Below are positions 1 through 13,205 of a stretch of DNA of 64,000 nt, piece after piece. The position numbers were made by a program, and so were the translations under genes. The notes beneath the pieces were generated by a model, which saw only the letters and a program-made list of their open reading frames with translations, searched no databases and was not told the origin of the DNA. The stretch comes from the human T2T-CHM13v2.0 reference genome, Homo sapiens, in NCBI RefSeq assembly GCF_009914755.1, contig NC_060941.1. One strand, given 5' to 3'. Each line of letters begins with the position of its first letter. Within the stretch, counting starts at the first letter, position 1.

Positions 1-274
1 TTTCTAGACCTTGAGGATTTTGACAAAATGTGAATCTCCAATTATTTTGTGCAGCAGACATTTCAGAGGCAGAATGGTGGGAGGCTGTTGAATGGAGGGT
101 GCACTGGATACTTTAGGCAAATTACTCGATTGAGCATAGCCTGTTTCTCCTTTGTAAAGTAGAGAAGACAGTGCGTACTTTCTCCATTTCACTGTTTTCT
201 TCTGTGGATCAAAATGAGACAGCATTAAAGCACTCTGTGGTAGGGGTTGTTCCCAGTCTTAAGACTTCTTGGAT

Positions 275-968
275 CATGAAACATGACACAACATGGATGA
301 AACTTGAAAATATGAAGCTAAGTGAAAGAAGCCAGGCACAAAAGACCACACGTTGCATGATTCCATTTATATGAAATGTCCAGAATAAACAAATTCATAG
401 AGACAGAAAGTAGATTAGTGTTTGCCAGGGGCTGGTGAGAGTGTGGTTAGGGGGGATTGGTGAGTGACAGTTCATGGGTATAGTGTTTCTTTCTGGAGTT
501 GATGAAAATATTCTGAAAGTAGACAGCGGTGCTATATATAGTGGGGATAGGAGTGAATATACTAGAAACCATTGAATGGTACACCTTATTTTTGTTTCAT
601 TTATCATTATTATTTTTTTGAGGCAGGGTCTCCCCTTTATCACCCAGGCTGGAGTGCAGTAGCATGATCATGGCCCACTGCAGCCTCAAACTCTTAGCTC
701 AGGTGATCCTTCCACTTCAGCCTCCCAAGCAGCTGGGATCACGGGCATGCACCACTATACTCAGCTAATTTTTAAGTTATTTGTAGAGATGGAGTCTCCT
801 TATGTTGCACAGGCTGGTCTTGAACTCCTGAACTCAAGTGTTCCTTGTGCCTCAGCCTCCCAAAGTGCTGGGATTACAGGTTTGAGCCACTGCACCTGGC
901 CAATGGTACACTTTAAATCAGTGAATTGTATGGACTGTGAATTATATGTCAATAAAGCTGTTATAAAG
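275..968 (+). mobile_element. Old L1M (L1MB/MC-like) 3' end, split by an Alu
   Basis: acatggatgaaacttgaaaa..gctaagtgaaagaagccag..atgattccatttatatgaaatgtccag...tcaataaagctg. Confidence 0.8.
586..901 (-). mobile_element. AluJ
   Basis: Dimeric diverged Alu; TSD AATGGTACAC. Confidence 0.9.
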
Positions 969-1022
969 AAGAAAAGAGCATATGCTCAGATCACTAGATA
1001 TTTTGAGTTTTCAAGAGAAGCA

Positions 1023-1492
1023 GTGTTTCAGGATTAGGTTAGCTACCTATAACAGTAACTTCACCATTACAGTGGCTTAAGTAAGAAAGAAGTGCATTTT
1101 TACTTATGGAGAAGTCAGGAGGTAGGTAGTTCAGGGCTGGTTTTGTGGCTTCTTAGAGTCTACAGGGACTTAGGTTCTTCTCTCTCCTGTGCCATTCTCA
1201 GCCAGTGGCTTCCACTGTCAAGGCCAATTCAGAGTTCAAAATGGCCACTTGTTTTTATCCAGGCAGCAGGAAGAAGAAAGGAGGAAAGAATGAAAGCCAC
1301 CCCCTAACCCTTGCGCCACCTTCTTCTTTCATCTCATTGGCCAAAACTGAGTCACATGGTCTCACTTTGCCACAAGGGAGGCTGGGAAATGTAGTCTTTT
1401 AGTTGGGCACATTGCTGCGCTGTCTAAAAATCAGGATTTGTAATTAAAGAAGCAGGGAAAACATCAGCTTGGTAAACATCAGCATCTGCCAC
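1023..1492 (-). mobile_element. MaLR LTR (MLT1J/K-like)
   Basis: cagtggcttaa...ctcattggccaaaactgagtcacatgg...aagggaggctgggaaatgtagtc motifs. Confidence 0.7.
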
Positions 1493-2544
1493 TGCTTTTA
1501 GGTGAAATTCTGGTTGGTAATTTGACCCCCCCTTTTTAAAAATACCTTGCAGAACAAACTGAACACACCTGCAGTCTGGACTCACTGCAGGTAGGCCTGC
1601 TGGATTGGCTGTGGCTCTGTGGGGAGATGGGAGTGGGAAACCTTGTCCACTATGGCTTTGCAGATGTCAGTGGTTTGAAAGCAGCTATAGTTAAAATAAG
1701 GACAGTGCTGAGTCACTGTGAGGTGGTGGAGAGAGAGAACACACAAGTGCTTGGCAAACACAGAGAGCACAAACACACGAAGTCACAGTGTGGCTCTGCC
1801 ACCGCATGGTTCAGACAAAAGCTCTGGGCTCTGCACAAAGGCTCCACAGCATCCAGGCTGCTGGGCAGACAGGAAGGGGCACAGCAATCTGAGTCATGGC
1901 GCCCTTCCTGTTGTGTTCTGCGTTTGCATTTTCTTTGAATATAAACCAAAAGCATTACAAACTATAGATGTAATTTGGACATGAAGGAACAAGGACAAAA
2001 AGTCAATAATTACTCACTCTGGACATGACCTTGTCACTGCCTCACCTTCACTTCCGGCAAGGCAAGAGCCATTCACGCTACTAATGACGTCTCCCGGGAA
2101 GATCGCATAATAAGCCTTGGTCAGAAAGCTGTATTTTTTGATAGGCAGGAAGCCCATGGACCTTTACTGCAATGTGTTCCGCAGGCTGCTCTAAGTTGCT
2201 GAGAAGGCCTCTTGGGGAGAGGAAGCGGGCCTTGGGTAGGGTGGCGTGGCGCTGTCAGATGCATCATGCCTACTCCCCAGGTGCAGGAAGGCTCAGGTGT
2301 GCAAGTCCAGAGGGTCGAGGAGTGCTGGGCCAGCCCAAGACAGGCCATAGAGGTTCCAGCATTGTCCTGAGCTCGCAGAGTGACTTTCTTTTCTCATTTT
2401 CAAAAGATGAGGCTGTGCGAAACTTCTTTTTGGAGCATCTCCCTTGCTGTCAAACCAAGTCTCTCATCTTCTAGGAGTCAGTCTTTTCATGGTGGCAGAT
2501 CTTGGAGTTAGACAAGCCTGGCTCAATATACAGCTCCAATTATT

Positions 2545-2820
2545 TATTGTATCCCAAAATGCAGTGGCTTGAAACAGGCCCATTTGATTAGATATGAATT
2601 TGGGTAGGTGGACCTCCATCAGAAGGTCTTTCGGTTCCACATGGCTGTGGTTGGGGCTCATTCAGGGGTACTTACCTAGCCACTGGTGTGGGTCTAGAGG
2701 GTACCTGGTGGCTTGGGTGGTGCCTGGAAGACTGGGCTCCTCTGGGGCTCTCCACATGGCCTTCTCAGCCCAGTAGCTGGACTTCTGACATGGCAGCTCA
2801 AAGCTCCAAGAGATGGGAAA
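2545..2820 (-). mobile_element. MaLR LTR fragment (MLT1H/G-like)
   Basis: cagtggcttgaaaca...ctctccacatggcc...ggacttctgacatggcagctca. Confidence 0.55.
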
Positions 2821-2958
2821 CGGACCCAGAGATGGATTCTTAGTCCACTGCTGTCTTACTCATCCTCAATTTAAAAGAAACACTGGAGGCAGTGTTAAAG
2901 ATTCATACCCCCAAACAGCCCCAATTTTCCATCCCCAACCTGTATCCATTTCCTTTGA

Positions 2959-3639
2959 ATGTCATATACAGTAGCCTTGACATAAGTAATTCCATCTTAG
3001 AAGAAGTCTGAATCTTACATTTCGCAAGGCTCTTTGCCAACAGGGAACAGATGTTTTGCCTGATCAATAAAGATTGCAACCGGCCAGATAAGGACATAAC
3101 CAAACACACCCTGCCACTGTCAGTCCTCACCAGAGGACTCTGTGGCCATAAAAAGAGCTGGACTTCCACCGCTCATAACAGCTGTCTTGATAAGCGCCTG
3201 GCATCTGCCTCTAAAGACTCTGCCTACATCAAAGACTCTTCCTTGCAAAGCTGTGATGCTGCTGAGCTGCCCAAGCCAGACCAGAATATTCTTTTTGTTC
3301 ACATCGCTCTCCCTGGACTGGCTTATTAACCCTTTTTCCTATCCCTTTTCTCATGCCATGTTACTTTGTTTGATGCGTAATTTTCAATCTATAATGTTTA
3401 TATATTGATAAGTATGTTATGTATGGCTTGCAATACTGACTGATCTGTGAAGTGGCTTGAGCCTGTGTGAATGCCAAGTGCTAAAAATTGTCTCCTCCTC
3501 TTTGGGAACTCCATAGAGCTGGTGGCTTTTATGATCGAAGTAGCATTAAAAAAAAAAAAAAAAAAAGCCTGACATTGTGGAAAGATACAAACAAACATGT
3601 GGGAGACTTGCTTATCTCTGGCCTTGAACCACTCATGGT
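2959..3639 (+). mobile_element. ERVL-class solo LTR (MER54-like) nested in an MLT1 LTR spanning ~2890-4000
   Basis: Starts tgtcatatac..cttgacataagtaattccatcttag and ends ...cctgacattgtggaaaga...ttatctctggccttg; MLT1-like sequence resumes at 3640 (atgtgactttgcaattcctcccacc). Confidence 0.6.
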
Positions 3640-4037
3640 AAATGTGACTTTGCAATTCCTCCCACCAAAAGGTACAGTCTATTTCCCCACCATCTGACTC
3701 AGGCCTTATCTATGGCCCATAGAAAGTGCCAGAAATGATGGTGTGTTAATTCCAAGCCTAGTCCTCAAGAGGCTCTTCAGCTTCCCTCTCTCCCTTTCCC
3801 CAACCTTCCCATACCCTGATCCCTGTGATTGGCATAAGGATATATGCCCAGGTTAGCCTGCTGGAGGACCAGGCTCCTAGATGAGCCAGGGGCCGCTGAC
3901 CTTAGCCAATGGCAGACATGTGAGTGAGCCTGTTGGACCACAACTGCCCAGCCAAGCCCAGGCCAGATCGGCAGAATCGCCCTGTCAAGCTGCCAGATGC
4001 CAGTGGCATTGTAACATTTTCATTTGAAAAGAGAAGC

Positions 4038-4338
<301 letters not shown>

Positions 4339-4419
4339 TTAGGAACAAATTAAACTCCAAAGAGTGAGAACAGTGGGATTTGAAGCCTTGTGGCAACTAA
4401 ATAAGAAGGTATTTTAGGG

Positions 4420-4709
4420 CAGGCAACCCCCATGGCCTGTTGGGAACCAGGCTGCACAGCAGGAGGTGAGCAGTGGGCAGGCAAGTATTTCTGCCTGAGC
4501 TCCGCCTCCTGTTGGGTCAGCAGTGGCACTAGATTCTCACAGGAGCGTGAACCCTATTGTGGGTTGCACACTCTGTATGAGAATCTAATGCTTGATGATC
4601 TGAGGTGGGAGAGTTTCATCCCAAAACCATCCCCCTCCCACCCCCAGTCTGTGGAAAAATTGTCTTCCATGAAATCAGTTTCTGGTGCCAAAAAGGTTAG
4701 GGACCACTG
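4420..4709 (+). mobile_element. MER1B-like hAT-Charlie DNA transposon
   Basis: Characteristic body and end tggtgccaaaaaggttagggaccactg; 8-bp TSD TTTTAGGG/TTTTAGAG. Confidence 0.85.
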
Positions 4710-4889
4710 TTTTAGAGGCAAGGGACCCCTCTCTGCCTCTGATCCCCAAATGCACTGACTCCTCTCAGGTCTGCAAACCTAACGCTGCCTGGGTCCAAAT
4801 AGAGGTTCCCAACTAGAAGTGATTTTCAGATCCTTAGTAACTGGTATGGCACGGGCCATCAGCCATTGGAATACACCCAGCCAGGGCCC

Positions 4890-5590
4890 TCATCAAGTGC
4901 CTACTGTATGCCAAGTGCTGTTCTGTGTGCTGGGGATGTGCCAGTGGAAAAAAGTCCAAATCCTCACCACAAGAAGCTGTTGTTCTAGTGGAAAGGAGCA
5001 GATGATAAACAACTGATTAAATGAAATTCATGGCGGCAGATGGCAGTAAGAGTCATAGAGGAAATCAAAGCCGGGTAAGGGGAACCACAAGTGCTGGGCA
5101 ATGGTGGCTACACTTTGAGTAGGTGGTCATGGAAAAGCTCATGAAGGTGACATTTGAGCAAAGATGTGGAGAGAGTGGAGCCACCCAGACATCTGGGGGA
5201 ACAGGGTTCCAGGCAGAGGGATGAGCATGTGCAAAGGTCCTGAGGCAGTGGTGTGCCAGGCACATTCCAAGAGTAGCAAGGGGCTGGGTGTGGCTACTGT
5301 GGAGGGAGAGAGGGACAGTGGGAGGAGATGAGAGGCAACAGGACACCATCTGGGTAGGGCCTTTGGGAGACTGCGAGGACCTGGGCTTTGCTCCAGAGGA
5401 CACGGGAAGTCGCTGGTGGGCTCTGAGCCAAGGAGGGACATGATCTGACACTCCAGCTGCAGTGTGCAAGGAGGAAGCAGGGAGACCCCTGATGGTCCAC
5501 AGAGTGGGAAGGTGGCTTGGATCAGAGGAGAAGGGCAGAGGTGCTCAGATCCCGGATCTGTGTTGAAGACAGGATTTTGGTGATTGAACT
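4890..5590 (-). mobile_element. L2 3' region
   Basis: agtgcctactgtatgccaag...gaaggtgacatttgagcaaaga...ttccaggcagaggga..agcatgtgcaaaggtcctgaggca. Confidence 0.8.
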
Positions 5591-6250
5591 TCTTTAATTC
5601 CCACAACAACCCGATAGGAAGTCACATTTATTGGATGTGAAAACAGCTCAGAGATGACAGAACTTCCTGAGGCTTGACGGGAGCAGAGAGTGGAGGGGCA
5701 GGGCCTGACCCCGGTTTCCAGATCCCTGTTGGTTCTTGTGGAGTCAACAGCCTGGTTTGGTGATGGCCATCGGGGCTCCCAGAGGAAGTGACATTGATGC
5801 TGAGACTTGGAGGACCTGGAGGCATGAGCCAAGCCGCAGCCCTGCTCCCTAGAGATCGCCGTCTTCAGAAACTCCCAGGCCCCTGCTCTTTCAACATCTT
5901 TCAGCCTGACGTGTGGCCAAAGCATGACAAACCTCCATGGGTGAGCACAAACGCAGGCGCCTCCCCTTTCAGGGCCAGGGTGGAGAGGAGGCAGGGCGCG
6001 TAGAGAAGCAGGAGGAATCTATCTTCATCCCCACGATTCCTTAGAGTCAGCTGACACTGAGGCCTGGGCCTCCCTCTGCTCGAGTTAGGCTTGGGAGGGC
6101 CCCAAGGGGTGTGTAGGAGCCTGTCAGGCCAACAGAGCCTGGGCTGAGGTAGGTGTCCCAGGCAGAAGGAGTGAAGGTGTAGAGGAGGGCTGGGATGGGA
6201 GGTGGGGGCAGAGCAGGAAGGGGCTGCCCAGGATGTGGAGCTTATCTTAG

Positions 6251-6457
<207 letters not shown>

Positions 6458-7779
6458 TAAAGTAAGTTTTTATTAAAGTCAAACACGCATACAGAGGACA
6501 GTACAGTCCTTTTTCAAGTTTTTTTGTTTTTAAATCTTTTATTTCTTTTTTCTCCTGGAGATCATGGAACACAGGATGTCCTCACACTGGATACACCTGT
6601 GCCTCCTGCACCTGGGTGAAGAAGCATCACAGCTAGGCCCCCAGGGCTCTTTGAGCCTCCTCTCAAGGTCACCACTCTCTGATCTGCTCCTATGTGGTGG
6701 TTTTGCCTGAGGTGGGCTGTTTTGGCATGTGCCCTTCGGGTCTCTCTTTGGGATTCTCCCAATGGAGGGTCACTGAGCAGTATGCCACCATCCGCTGGAT
6801 CACAGGCCCTCTATTTGTTCCTCCATGATGGGACGAATAGGGTGACTCATTTGGGTTGTTGTCTGGATGGGGCTCTCATGAGTGGAGCTGCTCTGGCTCT
6901 TCTTGCATCCTGTCCCTTCTTGCACATCTGTCAGGTGTCTGCCTGCCCTGGAACGCCTGGGTCCTGGGGTAGATGTTTGTTCTGTGATGACCGATATTGC
7001 CAGACAGTTTTCCTACATGGTCGTACCAGTTCATGTGGAAGTGTTTTAACTGATGAGCAGCCATCGTATTCTCTGTTCCCTGCACCCCAGTGCTGCTCTT
7101 TGTCATCGCCATTGGGCCTCTCCAGGACCCTGCCCACCACATGGTGGGTGGATCCACACACATGTGGTTGGCCACTTCCCTGACCGATGGGCAGCATATG
7201 ACATTGGCCACTCTGGGCAGTGAGACCCTCCTCTCTGCTCCTGGGGCCTCACCCCCTCCTGGGTGCATTTCTGCCAGGGCCCATCAAGGCCTTGTACCCA
7301 TTGCGAGCTCCTCAGTTTGGGCCCTCTCTTTCTTACTTCCCACAGCCATGGGAGATCTTACTCACTCCCCGAGCTTCAGTCATGGCTGTGTCAATGCCTC
7401 CCTGTCATGGGACCCTCTTTTCTGAGGGTTAGCCCTCGCCACCCAGCCTCCACTAGACGTCCCTCCTGGCCACACCCTGGGCTCTCAGACTCCCTGCATC
7501 CAGAACAGGACCTGCCATCTGCCTCTCAACCTCGCCTTCCTCTGTGCCCACCTGGTGACCTCAGAGGGGCTGGTGGGCCACCTCGCTGGGCATGCCAGTC
7601 CTCCCTCTGTGGCTCAGCCAGTCCCTGGCCACATGATGTCCATTCTTTCTCTCTAATCTCACAAATATTTCCTCTGCTCTCTACCCCTGCAGCCACTCTG
7701 ACTTCCCCTGTTGAAAATTATCACTCCTCTCTCTGTGTCCCCTCAATGCCATACATCGTCAGGAACTTCTACTCATCAC

Positions 7780-8797
7780 AAAAGGACCTCCCATGATGGC
7801 CTGAAAAAAGACAGGAAGAGGGGCTCAGAAGATGGCTGATCAGACAGCTGTGTGAGCCTCACAGCCATGGCACCCTCCCCAGAGGTTTCTGCAGCTGCCA
7901 CCACCTCCTTAATGACAGACAAGCTTGGCCTAGACAACCTCGCCTGTGTGCCTGGCAGAGGACAGTCAGCCAGCAATCAGCCCAGGGAACTCTGTCTGGC
8001 CAGAGCAACCAAACTAGGACACAGCCCTTTGAGCAATCCAGCAACTCGTACAACCACGTAGGAAAGCTGTCCGGCAGCATCGGTCATCACAGAACAATTA
8101 GAAGCAAATCTTTCCAAAAATAATCGAGCTTTGAGTATTCTTCGAAGGATAAAGAGTGGGAGTGTAGTCGCCAACCGAGCTAACCAGGGCAAGGAAAATT
8201 CTGAAAACATCACCACCCCTGAAGTCTTTCCAAGGTTGTACCACCTGATCCCAGATGGTGAAATTACCAGCATCAAGATCAATCAAGTGGATCCCAGTGA
8301 AAGCCTCTCCATTATGCTGATGGGAGGCAGTGAAACCCCACTGGTCCGTATCATCCAACACATTTATCATGATGGGGTGAATGCCAGAGATGACCAGCTA
8401 CTACCAGGAGACATCATCCTAAATGTCAATGGGATGGACATTAGCAAAGTCTCTCACAACTACGCTCTGCATCTCCTGCGGCAGCCCTACCAGGTGTTGT
8501 GACTGACCATGCTGCACAACCAGAAGTTCTGCAGCAGGAACAGTGGACAGGCCCTGGATGCCTACAGACCCCAGGATGACAGCTGCCATGTGATTTGCAA
8601 CAAAAGTAGCCCCAAGGAACAGCTTGGAATAAAATTGGTGTGCAAGGTGGATGAGCCTGGGGTGTTTATCTTCAACGTGCTAGATGGTAGTGTGGCTGAT
8701 TGACATGGTCAGCTGGAGGAGAATGATTGTGTGTTAGCCATCAATGGACATGACCTTCAATATGGCAGCCCAGAAAGCGGTGCTTATCTGATTCAGG
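7780..8797 (+). pseudogene. LNX1 processed pseudogene fragment (NPAY region, PDZ1 and most of PDZ2)
   Basis: Consecutive frames give [30 protein letters not shown]..., [32 protein letters not shown]...GGSETPLV..., [29 protein letters not shown]..., [28 protein letters not shown], matching recalled LNX1; intronless, with stops and frameshifts. Confidence 0.92.
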
Positions 8798-8989
8798 TAT
8801 TGCTGGCCCTCTTCACCACTGTATGGACTTATGCAATGCCAAGAAGGTAGAAAGCTGCACTATGATCCAGTGTCCAGCTCTGAAAAATGCTGCTCCTTGT
8901 GTGGTGGCATGTTTGACTCCTACCTCTCTGCTCTTGGAAGTTGCTGGCCTATGTTGCATCCTGATGGTACCAGCAGTTTTTATCAGCCA

Positions 8990-10589
8990 TAACAATGGCA
9001 GCAGCGGGCTGTCTGGAGTAGCTGCTGCCATCACGCTGGCTGCAGCAGGGAGGCACAGCTGGGACTGCACACTCCATGGAGCTGGTGGGAACCTGGGACA
9101 AGTGGAAGCCCCGCCCCTTCTGAGTTGGTGGGGCAGGAGTTCCCTGGGTGCAGCCACAACTGCCCAAACTGTGGCTGCAGACCTGGGCCTCCCGGGCCAT
9201 GGAGCAGGCAGGGGCCCAACCCCACCAGGGCAGCTGCAGTCCACCCCAACCACTGCTGTGGACCCAAGCATCCCTGCACTCTTAGGGGCCCAGGAAGGCT
9301 CCCCCTGCCCTAGCAGGCTTGGAAGTACCTGGCTTCCCCCTGCTGTTGGCACCCACTTTGATCTTGGAGCAAAGTTGGGGCCAAGCCCAGGCACTGTCAA
9401 GGCCTGGCCAGGTATACACACACTCAGTGCAATGCTGACATGCCAGTCCCCTGCTGCCTCAGCTGTCTCCAAACTTTGGACACCAGCAAGCATAAGAGAG
9501 AAGCCAATGGGGTACAGATGGTAGCTCAGTGCTGGCCTGCAGGTGCCCCTTGGCACCTACAGCTTGGCCACCATGAATGGCAGCAGGAGGCAAATAGGTT
9601 CCTGGGTGGAAGAGGGTGGGTCTCTGGTGAGGCCCTACCTTCAGGCCAGAAAGGGCCTGAAGGCTCGGGGCCAGGCTACCAGTTCCATGGACCAAAGTGG
9701 GAACTTGTGGTGCTTTTTCCAGATCCCCCCATGGCTGCCCATGGACCAATTGGCACTCACTTCCTCCCTCTGAGACCCATAAAACCCCCAGACTCAGCCA
9801 GAGCTGAGCAGATGTTGGGAAAACCAGCTGCAGAGAGGAGCTACCCATTCCAGGGTCTCCTCTCTGCTGAGAGCTTCAGAGAACAATGGGATGACCTGCC
9901 TGCAGAAGGAGCTACCCATTCCAGGGCCTCCTCTGAGCTAGTCTATCACTCAATAAAGCTCCTCTTCACCTTGCTCACTCTCCACTTGTCCACATACCTC
10001 ATTCCTCCTGGATGTGGGACAAGAACTTGGGACCTGTTGAATGGCAGGTCTGAAAGGTCTATAACACAAACAGAGCTGAAACATGCCCCTTGTTTGTGAC
10101 ATTGCAGGTGAGGAGCAGGAGAGAAGAGCTGTAATCCTTCAGAGATCCCAGACCTGGGAGCTCCCTGAGCCAGGGCTGTGCCTCCCTCTTTGGGATGCTG
10201 CAGTTCCTGGAGTCTCCAAGCTTCCAGGCACCACTGTGTCCCCTGGCGGCAGCTATGGAAGCTACTTGCATTGCACCTGATCCAGCTGCAGCCTCACAGA
10301 GAGCCTGTACCCATGCTGGCACCTGGAGTTGCCCGCCCTGCTGCAGCAGCCGGCGTGCCTGTGTGCAGTGACCAGACCCCATGCTCATTCACTCACGCAC
10401 CCCTCACCGCCCCATGCCTGGCTTGCCCTTGCCAGGCATGGGATCCAGGCTAGGAACATGAGCCGGCATAGCCTGCCAGGCCAAGTGGGCAGAATGAGCC
10501 CAGAGGGTCCAAGCAAAACTCAGGCAAAAGGTACCACTGACCACAGAGGTTTCTGGCTAGAAAAGCAACACCTCAAGGATCCCATAACA
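8990..10589 (+). mobile_element. ERV1 5' LTR, MER52-type (~1.6 kb, GC-rich)
   Basis: Start resembles the MER52 consensus (tggcagcagcgggctgtctggag..gctgccatcacgctggctgcagcagggagg); AATAAA near 9952; ends ...cccataaCA directly before a PBS; exact 5' boundary uncertain. Confidence 0.8.
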
Positions 10590-10646
10590 TTTTGGAGGGC
10601 TTGTCCAGGATCTGCAGAAGGGTGAGTAAAAGCAGATCTACTCTTT

Positions 10647-10694
10647 TTATTTTATTTTATTTTTATTATACTTTAAGTTTTAGGGTACATGTGC
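10647..10694 (-). mobile_element. 48-bp extreme 5'-truncated L1PA insertion
   Basis: Reverse complement is gcacatgtaccctaaaacttaaagtataat plus an A-rich tail; perfect 15-bp TSD GCAGATCTACTCTTT at 10632-10646 and 10695-10709. Confidence 0.92.
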
Positions 10695-11144
10695 GCAGAT
10701 CTACTCTTTCTGTCCTTTTTTCAAAGTCTCTAAACTCCACAATAGTCAAAATGAAAGAAAAATACCAGGCCTCTATCAGCCAGTTAAGAGCAACTAGTGT
10801 GGCTGCCAGACTTAGGACACGGAGGACAGGCTTGCTGGGGAGGACACTGGCAACCCTCTATTACCCTCAGATGTTGGGAATGTTGGCTTTGTTCCAAACC
10901 AGTTTTCTTTCACAGAGGTCTAGCCATTGTGTGGGACCAGAAGGAGGTCCTGAGGCAACTGAGGGTATCTGGCCAAGGCTACCCTTTGGCCTAATTCAAA
11001 GGCCCGTGGACTAACTCCAGTCCCTGACCACCTGTTACAGTGTCAGCACTAGGACCTCCGGTCTTTCCTAACATTCTTTCTTTCTTTCAGGATATCAAGG
11101 TTCCTATTTCTTCTTTATGTACCATGTTAAATGTTAAGGATGTT

Positions 11145-11491
<347 letters not shown>

Positions 11492-11947
11492 TTAGTCATC
11501 AAAAGTCTAAAATGGAAGGTTAAGAGTAGCACAGAAGCCAAGTGTGCCTTGGTATCTGTACATAAATTTGTGGCAAAAATGTTCTTGTCATTTCCTTGGG
11601 TGATAACTTAGTGCCAAGCACCTTGAGGCACAGAAAAGAAGCACGGCCTCAGGAAGGAAGCCTTTCTGTAAACGCGGGGGCAAATGGTCCATGGTCCCAT
11701 ATGTGCAGGCCTTCTTTGCCTTGCAGGGTAGCCTGGACCTTTGCTGATGTAGGATTGATTCAGCCCTCCTACTGGCCATCTCAGGAGAGGCTGCAAGGGG
11801 CAATACCAGGGAAGCAAACCCCAGAAGTACCTCCAGCAGGAGAATCAACCCCCTCTGCTCCTCCCTATCCAGGTTATCTCTCAAGCTTGCCCCAGCCTAG
11901 GAATCCTCGTTTTAGGCAGGTCCCAGTCTCAACTGCCCCTACAACAG

Positions 11948-12720
11948 ATGCCTGGTGAATATGGCCCCATTGAGGTCCAGGTCCCCTTTTCTCTACTAGA
12001 CTTAAGGCAAATTAAGGCAGATCTTGGCAAGTTTTCAGGCAGCCCTGACAGGGATATAGAGGCTTTCCAGAACTTAATCAAAATATTTGAGCTCTCCTGG
12101 AAGGATGTCATGTTACTTTTGAATCAATCCCTGACCACCACTGGAAAGCAGGCCACCCTGCAAGTAGTAGAGAATTTGGGGGATGAGCTTTGTATCTTAT
12201 ATAGGGCCAAGGAAGGGAATGAGACTTATATGATTGGAAAAATAGCAGCACCACTGGAGGACCCTAAATGGGACCCTAAGGATGAAATGGGAGAATGGAG
12301 GGGGAAACACATTCAGGTGTACATACTGGAGGGCTTGTGAAGAACTAGGACTAAGCCTCTCAATTCCTCCAAGATCGCCATGATAGATCAGGGATTAGAT
12401 GAGAATCCCACTGCCTTCCGGAAAGGCTAAGAGGGGCCTTGGTAAAGCACACCTCTCTAGCTCCTGATTCAGTCGAGGGACAGCTAATCCTAAAGGACAA
12501 GTTTATCACAAAGGTGGCCTCCGGATATCAGGAAGAAGCTACAGAAACAGGCTATAGGACGAGATAGTACTTTAGAGAGCCTCCTAAAAGTGGCCACCTC
12601 AGTCTTTTACAATAGGGACCAGAAGGAAGTCCAAAAAAGAGAAAGGCAATACAAGAAAAAAGCAGAGCCTCTAAAAGCCACCTTGCAGGCTCACAAACCT
12701 CAGAGTCCCCAAGATGCATG
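11948..12720 (+). pseudogene. Degenerate class I ERV gag (capsid p30 region)
   Basis: GEYGPIEVQVPFSLLDLRQIKADLGKFS...WKDVMLLLNQSLT...DPKWD...ILEGL, then QGLDENPTAF (major homology region), PDSVEGQLILKDKFIT and VATSVFYNRDQKE; HERV-W/ERV9-like capsid with stops and frameshifts. Confidence 0.88.
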
Positions 12721-12908
12721 ACCGTGAGGGGCGTCTCAGGTCTTTCCTCCACCATGTCAAGAGTCATGGTAAAAATCACTGTATTATCTGCCCCTCCATG
12801 AGTTCAAAAGCTAGAAGTATTGAAGTATTGGCCATTTGGCGTGGCTAAGGTCAGGTAATAAGAGATTTAAAAGGACTTCTTAAAGAGGAGCCCTATGGTT
12901 AAAAGTCA

Positions 12909-13205
<297 letters not shown>

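Noticed and set aside
7745-7785. YIVRNFYSSQK resembling the LNX1 p70-specific N-terminus (YIDNVGNLHFLYSELCK)
   Set aside because: The match needs several gaps and nucleotide similarity looks weak; probably chance.
8813-10625. ORFs of 219-247 aa on both strands
   Set aside because: They lie in the GC-rich MER52 LTR, overlap on opposite strands and show no recognisable domain.
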